Shown here in pieces: positions 19,006 to 27,279 of a DNA stretch of 64,000 bases. The position numbers were made by a program, and so were the translations under genes. The first letter of the stretch is position 1; every line of letters begins with the position of its first letter. The notes under the pieces were generated by a model, which saw only the letters and a program-made list of their open reading frames with translations, was not told the origin of the DNA and ran no database searches. Location of the stretch: assembly GCA_963717145.1 (NCBI GenBank), contig OY970325.1, positions 4,640,001 through 4,704,000 of the forward strand, in the 5' to 3' direction. The DNA comes from an uncultured Armatimonadetes bacterium. Its GTDB lineage: Bacteria > Armatimonadota > UBA5829 > DTJY01.

Positions 19006-20979
19006 ATGTTCGACGAACTTGATAAGATACTTCCGCGCGTCACCAAGCCCGCGCGGTACACAGGTGGCGAATATAACGCTGTGGTGAAAGACCATGCCTC
19101 AGTGCAGGTCAAATTCGCCCTGGCGTTCCCCGATACCTACGAGATCGGCATGTCGAATCTCGGAGTCCGCATCCTCTACCACACGCTCAACAAGCGAGAC
19201 GACACCGCCGCCGAGCGAGTCTTCGCCCCATGGACTGACATGGAGGACGAGATGCGGCGGAACGAGATCCCGCTTTTCAGCATCGAAACCCGCACGCCGC
19301 TCCGCGAGTTCGACATCATCGGCTTCTCCCTCGGCTATGAGATGGCGTACACCACGATGGTGAATATGCTCGATCTCGCCGGGTTGCCGGTCCGCTCATC
19401 CGAGCGCGATGACCAGTTGCCGCTCGTGATCGCCGGTGGATGCTGCACCGTCAACCCCGAGCCGATCGCGGAGTTCATCGACGCGTTCGTCATTGGCGAG
19501 GGCGAGGAGATCGTCCACGAGATCATCGACCTCGTGAAGGAGCACAAGTCCGAGGGCAAGGCGTCCCTGCTGCGGCGACTGTCACAGGTCCAAGGCGTAT
19601 ACGTTCCCAGCTTCTACGATGTCTCCTACAACGACGACGGCACGATCCGCGAAGTCACCCCGCGCGACGCCGATGTCCCGAAGGTCGTCACGCGTCGCCT
19701 CATCTGGGACTTCGAACACGCGGATTTCCCGGACAGGCCCGTGATGCCGTTCATCGAGACGGTGCATGACCGCATCGCCCTGGAGATCATGCGCGGGTGC
19801 TCTCGTGGATGTCGGTTCTGTCAGGCAGGCACAGTCTACCGCCCGGTCCGCGAGCGCTCGAAACAGAAGCTGATGGAAACCGCGGAGGCGCTCGTCGAGA
19901 ACACAGGCTACGACGAGATTGCGCTCATGTCCCTCTCCGCCACCGATCACAGCGAGATCAGCGGTCTTGTGGCCGACATCATCAAGACATACGAGCCCCA
20001 AAGGATCGGGGTGTCGCTCCCGTCGATCCGAGTCGATGCGCCGTGCGTCGACCTCGCCGCCGAGATACAGAAGGTGCGGAAGAGCGGGCTGACACTCGCG
20101 CCGGAAGCCGGCACTCAGCGGATGCGCGATGTGATCAACAAGAACGTGACCGAGGAGGATCTCTTCAGCGCGGTCAGTGAGGCGTTCAAGTGCGGTTGGC
20201 AGACCGTCAAGCTCTACTTCATGATCGGCCTCCCGACCGAGACCGAGGAGGACCTGCGCGGGATCGCCCGGCTCGCGATGAAGGTCACTCAGATCGGGCG
20301 TCAAGTCATGGGCCGGAAGCCGACTGTGAACGTCAGCGTCGCCTCGTTCGTCCCGAAGCCGCATACGCCGTTTCAGTGGCGTGCACAGGATACTGTCGAG
20401 GAACTCGAGAGAAAGCAGACGCTCGTCCGATACGCGATCACCGATCGTGCCGTCAAGGTTAGCTGGCACGATTCGAAGACCAGCATGCTCGAGGGAGTCC
20501 TCGCTCGAGGTGACCGCAGGGTGGGGGATGTCATCTATCGCGCCTGGCAGAACGGCAGCCGGTTCGATGCATGGCACGAGCATTTCAACTACCAGGCGTG
20601 GCTCGACGCCTTCCGGGAGGCCGGAATCGATCCGTCCTTCTATGCGAGCCGCACGAGAAGCTACGATGAGGTCCTCCCGTGGGATCATATCGACTGCGGC
20701 GTGACAAAGGCGTTCCTCCGGGCCGAGAATGAGCGCGCCGAGAAGGGCGATACAACCGCCGACTGCCGGCTGGATAGATGTTCCGGCTGTGGACTGACAA
20801 GGCTTCTGCCGCCGTCACCGGAGTACAACTCCGGTGACAACATGTCAGGATGCGGTGACAACACCTTAGGTACCGGTGACAACATTCTCAAAGACCGTTG
20901 TCACCGGAGTTGTACTCCGGTGACCAAGACTCCTCGTTGTCACCGGAGTTGTACTCCGGTGACGGTCACGGGGGAATGA
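19006..20979 (+). CDS. TIGR03960-family B12-binding radical SAM protein; C-terminal tail encoded by palindromic repeats
   Basis: KPARYTGGE, FPDTYEIGMSNLG, RGCSRGCRFC and KLYFMIGLPTET motifs. Confidence 0.9.
   Translation: MFDELDKILPRVTKPARYTGGEYNAVVKDHASVQVKFALAFPDTYEIGMSNLGVRILYHTLNKRDDTAAERVFAPWTDMEDEMRRNEIPLFSIETRTPLREFDIIGFSLGYEMAYTTMVNMLDLAGLPVRSSERDDQLPLVIAGGCCTVNPEPIAEFIDAFVIGEGEEIVHEIIDLVKEHKSEGKASLLRRLSQVQGVYVPSFYDVSYNDDGTIREVTPRDADVPKVVTRRLIWDFEHADFPDRPVMPFIETVHDRIALEIMRGCSRGCRFCQAGTVYRPVRERSKQKLMETAEALVENTGYDEIALMSLSATDHSEISGLVADIIKTYEPQRIGVSLPSIRVDAPCVDLAAEIQKVRKSGLTLAPEAGTQRMRDVINKNVTEEDLFSAVSEAFKCGWQTVKLYFMIGLPTETEEDLRGIARLAMKVTQIGRQVMGRKPTVNVSVASFVPKPHTPFQWRAQDTVEELERKQTLVRYAITDRAVKVSWHDSKTSMLEGVLARGDRRVGDVIYRAWQNGSRFDAWHEHFNYQAWLDAFREAGIDPSFYASRTRSYDEVLPWDHIDCGVTKAFLRAENERAEKGDTTADCRLDRCSGCGLTRLLPPSPEYNSGDNMSGCGDNTLGTGDNILKDRCHRSCTPVTKTPRCHRSCTPVTVTGE
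20812..20965. repeat. Cluster of three 25-bp palindromes GTCACCGGAGT(ACA/TGT)ACTCCGGTGAC inside the 3' end of the radical SAM gene
   Basis: Copies at 20814-20838, 20900-20924 and 20939-20963; ggtgacaaca fragments at 20833, 20854 and 20875. Confidence 0.9.
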
Positions 20980-21686
20980 TGTTCCGTGTCCTGCTGCGGC
21001 TTAAGAAAGGTGAGCAGATCAAGTACATCGCTCATCTTGATCTCATGCGCGCGTTCGAGCATGCTCTTCGGCGGGCGCGCATACCGGTGCTCTACTCGTC
21101 GGGGTTCAACCCGAGGCCGAAGATGCACTTCGGCGGGGCGATCGGCGTCGGGGTTACCAGCGATGACGAGCGGATCGTGCTCGATTTGGAGTGCGATGGC
21201 TCGACATCGCTTTCGGCGAACGGCGTCGAGCCGCCCGAGACCAAAGCGATGTCAAGCCATCGCACTCCAAAGGAGATCATGGCCCGGCTGAACCGTGTGA
21301 TGCCCGTGGGGATGGAGATCCTCGAGGCGGCGGACGTGCCGGAGGGGACGAAACCACTCGGCGCTCTCAATGCGGCGGAGTACCGGATCGGACTGCGCTG
21401 TCCGGCGGATCCGCAGACGGTCCGGTCCGCAGTGGACGAACTGATGGCTGCGGATGAGATCAAAGTCGTCCGGAAGCGCGACGAGTCGAAAGAGATAGAT
21501 ATCCGCCGCCATATCCTGGGGATCGAAGTCGACGAATGCGCAATGGGTAAGCTGGTGCTGACTGCCCGACTCATGGCAGGCAGTTCCGGTGGCGCGAGGC
21601 CTCAGGACCTCGTCCAGGCGCTCGCAGACCGCCTTCCCGGTTTGGAAGTGGACACTGTTCACAAGGTCAGACAGTACGCAGTCTGA
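20976..21686 (+). CDS. TIGR03936-family radical SAM-linked protein (DUF2344) with an in-frame palindromic insert
   Basis: KYIAHLDLMRAFEHALRRA..YSSGFNPRPK; ATGA overlap with the upstream gene. Confidence 0.9.
   Translation: MMFRVLLRLKKGEQIKYIAHLDLMRAFEHALRRARIPVLYSSGFNPRPKMHFGGAIGVGVTSDDERIVLDLECDGSTSLSANGVEPPETKAMSSHRTPKEIMARLNRVMPVGMEILEAADVPEGTKPLGALNAAEYRIGLRCPADPQTVRSAVDELMAADEIKVVRKRDESKEIDIRRHILGIEVDECAMGKLVLTARLMAGSSGGARPQDLVQALADRLPGLEVDTVHKVRQYAV
21185..21271. repeat. REP-like element TTTGGAGTGCG...CGCACTCCAAA, in frame (87 bp)
   Basis: 29-bp arms with 1 mismatch, at 21185-21213 and 21243-21271. Confidence 0.85.
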
Positions 21687-21695
21687 CCAGGAGTG

Positions 21696-21730
21696 CGGGA
21701 TTCCGCATTCCGCATTCGCAATACCGCATT
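21696..21730. repeat. (CGCATT)-type dispersed element, copy 2, inverted relative to 2544-2578
   Basis: cgggattccgcattccgcattcgcaataccgcatt. Confidence 0.75.
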
Positions 21731-21749
21731 CGAGAAAGGAGGTGAAACA

Positions 21750-23555
21750 ATGTCAAAAGAAATCGTAGTAAACGTCGGTACCCGCGAAACGAGAATGGCG
21801 CTCATCGACGCCGGGAAGCTCGTCGAGCTTCACGTCGAGCGCGAGGAGCGGGTCGCCGGCAGTGTATACAAGTGCAGAGTCGCGAACGTGCTTCCCGGAA
21901 TGGATGCCGCGTTCGTCGATATCGGGCTGGAGCGCAATGCCTTCCTGTATGCGGGCGACGTCCTTCCCGAAGCCGGCGAGGAGTTCCCCGCCACGAAGAA
22001 GGAACCTCAGAGGTCCGTGAACATCAAGGACCTGCTCAAGGTCGGTCAGGAGTTGGTCGTCCAGGTAGTCAAAGGCCCGCGCGGAACCAAAGGCGCGCGC
22101 GTATCAACGAGGATATCGCTCCCCGGCAGGTACCTGGTCCTCATGCCCGATGCCGACAACATCGGAATCTCGCGCAAGATAGATGACCCCGCGGAGCGCG
22201 ACCGCCTGAAGAAGATCGCCGACAAGATCAAGCCGCCGAACTGCGGCATGATTGTTCGGACCGAGGCTGAGGGCAGGGGCGACCGCGAACTCCGCGCGGA
22301 TGTGGAGTTCCTCACGCGCATGATGTCGCAGATCCAGGAGAAGGCCAAGGTTACCTCGGCCCCTGGAGTCGTCCATCAGGACCTCAGCCTGGTATTCAAG
22401 ACCATACGCGACGTGTTCGGCGCGAACATCCAGCGGATGTTCATAGACTCGCCGACCGAGTATGACAAGGCCATGGATGTGGTCCATCTCATGTCGCCGA
22501 AGCTCAAATCGCGACTGCTGCTGTATGATGATTCCGAACCGATCTTCGAGCACTTCAGCATCGAGACAGAGATCGACCGGTTGCTCAAACGCAAAGTTTG
22601 GCTCAAGTCCGGTGGCCACCTCACCATTGATGAGACCGAAGCACTGACCACCATTGACGTAAACACCGGTAAGTTCATCGGCAGCACGAGTCTGTCCGAT
22701 ACGATCCTGAAGACGAACCTCGATGCCGCCGGGGAGATCGCACGGCAGCTAAGGCTGCGCGATATCGGCGGGATCATCATCATCGACTTCATCGATATGT
22801 CGAGCGCGAGAGACCGCTCGCACGTCGTGAACGCGCTCGATCGCGCCCTCAAGAAGGACCGCACGCGGACCAAGATCTCGAATATCAGCCCGCTCGGACT
22901 GATCGAGATGACCCGCAAACGGACCGGAGAGACCATCTCCGAGTTGATCAGCGAGGCGTGTCCGTACTGCCAGGGACGAGGAAGCATCCTGTCCCCGGAG
23001 TCGGTGAGCATCAATGTCGAGCGCGAGCTGATGCAGAAGTCCGCTGAGGTCGACGATGAGGCGTTCCTCATCACAGTCAACCCCGAGGTCGCGGAGTTCC
23101 TGATCGGCCCTCGCGGAGAGACGGTCAAGCTGATCGAGGAGCAGATCAGGCGCGCCGTCTACGTGCGGAGCAGCCACGATCAGCACATCGAGAAGTACGA
23201 GATACAGCCCGGCGACCTTCAGGAGATCGAGAAGCAGATGCTTCCGTTCCAGAGGTCGCAGATCGTGGAGTGCGAGGTCGTGCGCAACCCGTTCGTCAGC
23301 CTGCCGAGGGCGGCGGCGTGGGCGGACGGCTACATGGTGGACCTCGCAAACGGCGGGAAGTTCATCGGCCAGAAGGTCAAGGCCCGGCTGATAAGCGTCT
23401 CCCGCTCATACGCGGAGGGCGACGTCCTCAACCCGGTCAAAGCGCCCGGCGAGCGACCGCCCGCCCCGCGCGAGAAAGCCGAGCCGCGTCCGAGAGGCGA
23501 TCGCCGCCCGAGAGGCGACGACCGCCCGAGACGCGACGAACGCTCCGCCGGCTGA
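21750..23555 (+). CDS. rng: Ribonuclease E/G family protein with a C-terminal TRAM-like domain
   Basis: SD AAGGAGGTG; S1 motif VLPGMDAAFVDIG; IDVNTGKF; QLRLRDIGGIIIIDFIDM; CPYCQGRG. Confidence 0.9.
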   Translation: MSKEIVVNVGTRETRMALIDAGKLVELHVEREERVAGSVYKCRVANVLPGMDAAFVDIGLERNAFLYAGDVLPEAGEEFPATKKEPQRSVNIKDLLKVGQELVVQVVKGPRGTKGARVSTRISLPGRYLVLMPDADNIGISRKIDDPAERDRLKKIADKIKPPNCGMIVRTEAEGRGDRELRADVEFLTRMMSQIQEKAKVTSAPGVVHQDLSLVFKTIRDVFGANIQRMFIDSPTEYDKAMDVVHLMSPKLKSRLLLYDDSEPIFEHFSIETEIDRLLKRKVWLKSGGHLTIDETEALTTIDVNTGKFIGSTSLSDTILKTNLDAAGEIARQLRLRDIGGIIIIDFIDMSSARDRSHVVNALDRALKKDRTRTKISNISPLGLIEMTRKRTGETISELISEACPYCQGRGSILSPESVSINVERELMQKSAEVDDEAFLITVNPEVAEFLIGPRGETVKLIEEQIRRAVYVRSSHDQHIEKYEIQPGDLQEIEKQMLPFQRSQIVECEVVRNPFVSLPRAAAWADGYMVDLANGGKFIGQKVKARLISVSRSYAEGDVLNPVKAPGERPPAPREKAEPRPRGDRRPRGDDRPRRDERSAG

Positions 23556-23557
23556 TA

Positions 23558-23635
23558 GATGTCCCCCTTACGAAGGGGGACCGGCCTCCGGGCACTCACG
23601 ATGTCCCCCTTACGAAGGGGGACCGGCCTCCGGGC
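23558..23635. repeat. Two identical 36-bp direct repeats, each with a GTCCCCCTT-acg-AAGGGGGAC hairpin
   Basis: Copies at 23558-23593 and 23600-23635, between convergent genes. Confidence 0.85.
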
Positions 23636-23749
23636 CGAGGGGGTTTCGTCCCCGACGTGTCCGACCAGAACCAACAAGGCCCGTGGATCACCCGATCCGC
23701 GGGCCTTCTCAACTCGGCTGGTTGGTGCGGACCTGAACTCAGAATCCGG

Positions 23750-23781
23750 CATCAACCATCAACCATCCCCCATCAACCATT
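23750..23781. repeat. Heptamer tandem repeat (CATCAAC)n
   Basis: catcaac-catcaac-catcccc-catcaac-catt. Confidence 0.7.
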
Positions 23782-23785
23782 CCCC

Positions 23786-24460
23786 CTACGCCGCAATCGT
23801 CGCGCTCTGGAGATCGGACCAGCCGCCCTTCTTGCCGTCCTTGTAGACCCAGCGCATCTTATAGTGCGCCTGCTTGTTTCCATCGCCGGGCGGGAACGGC
23901 ACAGCAAGCGTATTCCGGGTCGACATATTGACATACCGCATATCGGCCTCGGGGTCCGCCGGTGGGTCCCCGACCTTCACCCAGACCTCGACCGCCCTGA
24001 CGCCTTCGGGCTTGCCCTTTGTGATGTCGTTCGCGTTCTGGTTCCGGATGCGGAGAGTATGCCTCAGGAGGGCGCTGATGTTGATACCTGCGACCGGCTT
24101 ATCCCGTGACCCCTCCGGACCCGGCGGGGGTGAAGACATGCCGCGTTTCGGCAGCCCGAGCGAGGCGCGCTGCTGGTTTGTCATATTCGGATGCCCCTGG
24201 ATGCGCGCCGCCATCGACCTGATCTGCTTCGCGAGGGTAGCCCTCTTGGCCTTCTTAGCCGAACACAAGCCTCTGGCAGTGGTCCGCGCCCTATCATGAT
24301 CGGCCCTGGCCTGAGCGAACTCCGGCGTTGTGGCGACCAGTTCGGCCAGGTCCGCCTCCGTCAGTCCGAACTGCTCCGGATTGGCGGTGAGGTAAGCTAC
24401 ATAGCGGTTCGCCCACTCCTGTAGTTTCAGATCGCTCTCCGGCAAATAGTCTCTTCCCAC
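23786..24460 (-). CDS. Hypothetical protein with an N-terminal helical region and a C-terminal FN3-like beta domain
   Basis: GGAGG SD and GTG start at 24460; DYLPESD..W; LGL; KPEGVRAVEVW; YKMRWV..G..GGWSD. Confidence 0.75.
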   Translation of the reverse strand: MGRDYLPESDLKLQEWANRYVAYLTANPEQFGLTEADLAELVATTPEFAQARADHDRARTTARGLCSAKKAKRATLAKQIRSMAARIQGHPNMTNQQRASLGLPKRGMSSPPPGPEGSRDKPVAGINISALLRHTLRIRNQNANDITKGKPEGVRAVEVWVKVGDPPADPEADMRYVNMSTRNTLAVPFPPGDGNKQAHYKMRWVYKDGKKGGWSDLQSATIAA

Positions 24461-24574
24461 GATGATGATACCTCCAGGCTGGCGTGACCGACGGGAGTCG
24501 GTCCATGATCTCGCGGCCGGCCTCTGATGCCGGCCACCCGGTATAATCATCGGGTATCGATGGCAGTATCTTTA

Positions 24575-24772
24575 GGGGAGAACTCCCGGCTCTACCTCCG
24601 GGAGTTCTTGTCACCATACCCGAGTACTCTCGGCAGCATGCCCAAGAGTTCTTGCCACTAGCCCCAAGAGCTGACGGCAACACACCCGAGAACTCCGGGC
24701 ACTGCACCCAGGAGTTCTCGGCACTACACCCGGAAGCTCACGCCACTATACCCGAGAGCCCTCGGCAAAGCG
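24575..24772. repeat. Non-coding tandem array of nine degenerate 22-bp units with a palindromic core
   Basis: Unit starts 24575, 24597, 24619, 24641, 24663, 24685, 24707, 24729 and 24751; consensus about CCCGAGAGCTCTCGGCACTACA. Confidence 0.85.
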
Positions 24773-24810
24773 GCGTAGAACCCAGGAATGACACGCTAGG
24801 GAGCCGACAT

Positions 24811-24834
24811 CGTCATGCTGAACTCGATTCAGCA
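24811..24834. repeat. Short REP-like hairpin GTCATGCTGAACTCGATTCAGCA
   Basis: tgctgaa-ctcga-ttcagca stem just downstream of the 24861 stop. Confidence 0.45.
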
Positions 24835-24860
24835 CCCACGGTGGAGGCTCCCTGTGTGGA

Positions 24861-25970
24861 CTACTTCGACTTGGCCGGGGGCGGTGGCGCTTTCTTCGGG
24901 GCGGGCGCGCTCTTCAGGACATCGAGGAGGCCGGAGGGGACCATGAGGCGTCCGTTCACGACCTTCATCTTCTGAGCGAGCTTGATCGTCCCGCCGGTCC
25001 ACTCGATGGTGTCTTTCCCCGGCACGAGCGTGTACCGGTTCTTGCCGACGAAGAGCTTCGCCTCTTTCCCGAGCCATTCCACCTTCGCGCCGGGGATCTT
25101 GGCCGCGAGATCGCGGGTCGAGATAGGCTTGCCTGCCACCACGGATGGCTTAGTGGGCGAGGGAACCTGTGAGCCACCCATCGGTTCGTCGGCATAAAGG
25201 ATCTCACCCGTGATCGCATCTACCCCCGCGGCATAGGTCAGGTGCTCCCCCTGGGCATTGTCGCCAAGCACATCGAAGGCCCACATGGTGTTATCCGGGT
25301 CTTGAGAGAGCTCCGGATCGTAGTTTGCGCCTCCCGTTACCAGCCCTTTCGCGGTTTTCACTATCTCTATCGCCTGCTCTGCGGTGATCTGCGGCGCTTG
25401 AGGAGGCGGCATCGGAACTGCAAGACGGGAGCAGCCGTAATACTGAATACGACCGTCTGCGGGGCTCACCCTCACGCTGATGCTATTGGGAATCCACGCT
25501 CCGTAAGTATTCTTCCGTCGCCAGGAAAACCACCATCCATCGCCTTTCCACTTCGGTTCCTTCAATTGGAACCCCATGGTATCAAACTCGGCGTACTTTG
25601 CTCGGGCAAAGTTTTCCGCGATCTGCCGGCACTGCTCCTGCGTGAGTGGACCCGTAGGTTCCTCCGTTCGCACCTCCGAACGGGCTTCGTAGTAACTGGC
25701 CCTCGTCACCTCACCTGTGACGGCGTCGACGGTCCACCTATGGTCCTCATTCTGGGAGTCATAGATACGATAGGTTCTCTCATGCTCCCATTCGACACCT
25801 TCCAGGTCCTCCTCGATGGGATGGCAGGTAAGCTGGAGCGTGCTATTCCCCTCGAACGCTCGGACCGCATCCATAGCCTGCCCCCGACTGATCACCGACT
25901 GGCCCCTGCATCCGGCGGCCATGGTTACCAGCGCATAGCATATCAAAGCAAGCATTCGCAAACGTTTCAT
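24861..25970 (-). CDS. Secreted protein with PepSY/YcdB-like repeats and a C-terminal stalk-like module; paralog A
   Basis: Signal or lipoprotein-like N-terminus; VDAVTGEV, ITAEQAIEIV and VDAITGEI motifs; C-terminal VVNGRLMVP. Confidence 0.7.
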   Translation of the reverse strand: MKRLRMLALICYALVTMAAGCRGQSVISRGQAMDAVRAFEGNSTLQLTCHPIEEDLEGVEWEHERTYRIYDSQNEDHRWTVDAVTGEVTRASYYEARSEVRTEEPTGPLTQEQCRQIAENFARAKYAEFDTMGFQLKEPKWKGDGWWFSWRRKNTYGAWIPNSISVRVSPADGRIQYYGCSRLAVPMPPPQAPQITAEQAIEIVKTAKGLVTGGANYDPELSQDPDNTMWAFDVLGDNAQGEHLTYAAGVDAITGEILYADEPMGGSQVPSPTKPSVVAGKPISTRDLAAKIPGAKVEWLGKEAKLFVGKNRYTLVPGKDTIEWTGGTIKLAQKMKVVNGRLMVPSGLLDVLKSAPAPKKAPPPPAKSK

Positions 25971-26101
25971 ATCGACAATCCATCCTTTCTACTCAGGGGC
26001 GGGAAACGGGGACAGGCACAGTATTTACAGTACGATCAAGACGCTGACTCGGCATCGTCACATCTACCTCGCGAGTGATCCGTTCCCCCATGTTTCCGCA
26101 A

Positions 26102-26127
26102 GGAGGGAGCCGCTTGCGGCTCCCTCC
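26102..26127. terminator. Hairpin after paralog B (possible terminator)
   Basis: ggagggagccgc-tt-gcggctccctcc; no clear U-tail. Confidence 0.45.
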
Positions 26128-26138
26128 GGTAATACGAC

Positions 26139-27236
26139 CTACTTCGACTTAGCTGGGGTCGATGGAGCTTTCTTCGAGGCGGGCGGGCTCTTCAGGACAT
26201 CGAGGAGGCCGGAGGGGACCATGAGGCGTCCGTTCACGAGCTTCATCTTCTGGGAGAGCTTGATCGTGCCGCCGGTCCACTCGATGGTGTCCTTCCCCGG
26301 CACGAGCGTGTACCGGTTCCTGCCGACGAAGAGCTTTGCTTCCTTCCCCAGCCAGTGGACCCGCGCGCCCGGTACCTTGGCCGCGAGGTCGCGGATGGAG
26401 ATGGGATTGCCGGTACGCCCATCTCTTGGCGGGCTGGACGGGAGACGTGCCCTTGATACGGAGAGGACTTCCCCCGTTTCCGCGTCAATGGCTACTGAAT
26501 TGCTGACATACCGGTCTTCCGCATCCAGCCCGCCGATCTCAGTGTTCCACGACACGTTCCCGTCCGGGTCCGCGACCAGGAGCGGCCCTTGCACGTCCAC
26601 AACTTCCACGATCCCCGCGGCTTGGGCAGCAAGGTCGAGCGCCTCAGCGGAGGTCACCTGGGGTGGAGGGGGATTCGGTGTTGGAACGCGAATGGAAGTA
26701 TACTCCAGTATGTAACCGGTTTCAGGTGCAACCACTACAGCAACCATATTGATGGTCAACGCGTCGTATGTGACCCTCTGCTGCCAACCGTAGAGCCAGC
26801 CGGTGCCTATCCATCTCTCCATCGTCAAGACGAATCCCATGGTATCGAATCCATTGTACTTCGACTGAGCGAAGTCCTCCGCAGTTGGCCGATATGCTTC
26901 CTTGGTAAATGGCTCGCCGGGCTCGCCATATGGCACTGACTCACCTAGATCGGCATATGAGGCGTGATTCACCTCTGCACTATGTCCATCCACCGTCCAC
27001 AGGCGACGGGACGCCGGATAGTCCGCAGTCCTCAATGTGTACCAAGAGCGGTGACTCCATGCCGGTCCGCTGTCATCCTCTTGCAGTTCTACGCACGTAA
27101 GCGCCAGAGAAGGTTCGTTCTCGAAGTCACGGACAGCCTGCTTAGCAGCCTCTTCCGTAATCAGCCCCTGTGCGAGGACAAGTGCACACTGGAGCACGAG
27201 CCAAGCGGCAATGGCAACGCGAATGATGAGTTTCAT
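26139..27236 (-). CDS. Secreted PepSY/YcdB-like protein; paralog B
   Basis: Same architecture as paralog A; the last ~85 aa are nearly identical to it. Confidence 0.7.
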   Translation of the reverse strand: MKLIIRVAIAAWLVLQCALVLAQGLITEEAAKQAVRDFENEPSLALTCVELQEDDSGPAWSHRSWYTLRTADYPASRRLWTVDGHSAEVNHASYADLGESVPYGEPGEPFTKEAYRPTAEDFAQSKYNGFDTMGFVLTMERWIGTGWLYGWQQRVTYDALTINMVAVVVAPETGYILEYTSIRVPTPNPPPPQVTSAEALDLAAQAAGIVEVVDVQGPLLVADPDGNVSWNTEIGGLDAEDRYVSNSVAIDAETGEVLSVSRARLPSSPPRDGRTGNPISIRDLAAKVPGARVHWLGKEAKLFVGRNRYTLVPGKDTIEWTGGTIKLSQKMKLVNGRLMVPSGLLDVLKSPPASKKAPSTPAKSK

Positions 27237-27279
27237 TGCAGTATCTCCTAGTGTTGATTTCTGTGCTTTCCGATGCAGC

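Noticed and set aside
21693-21749. N-terminal extensions of ORFs 21693.., 49492.., 47474.. and 20898.. as real protein sequence
   Set aside because: These extensions translate intergenic repeats; better starts (SD, overlap or conserved N-terminus) lie at 21750, 49555, 47579 and 20976.
23558-23635. Two identical 36-bp hairpin repeats as a CRISPR array
   Set aside because: Only two copies, a 6-nt gap and no cas genes.
24575-24772. 22-bp array as CRISPR or as a coding repeat (ORFs 24294..24707 and 24652..24975)
   Set aside because: No repeat-spacer alternation, and the period is not divisible by 3, so the overlapping ORFs are probably spurious.
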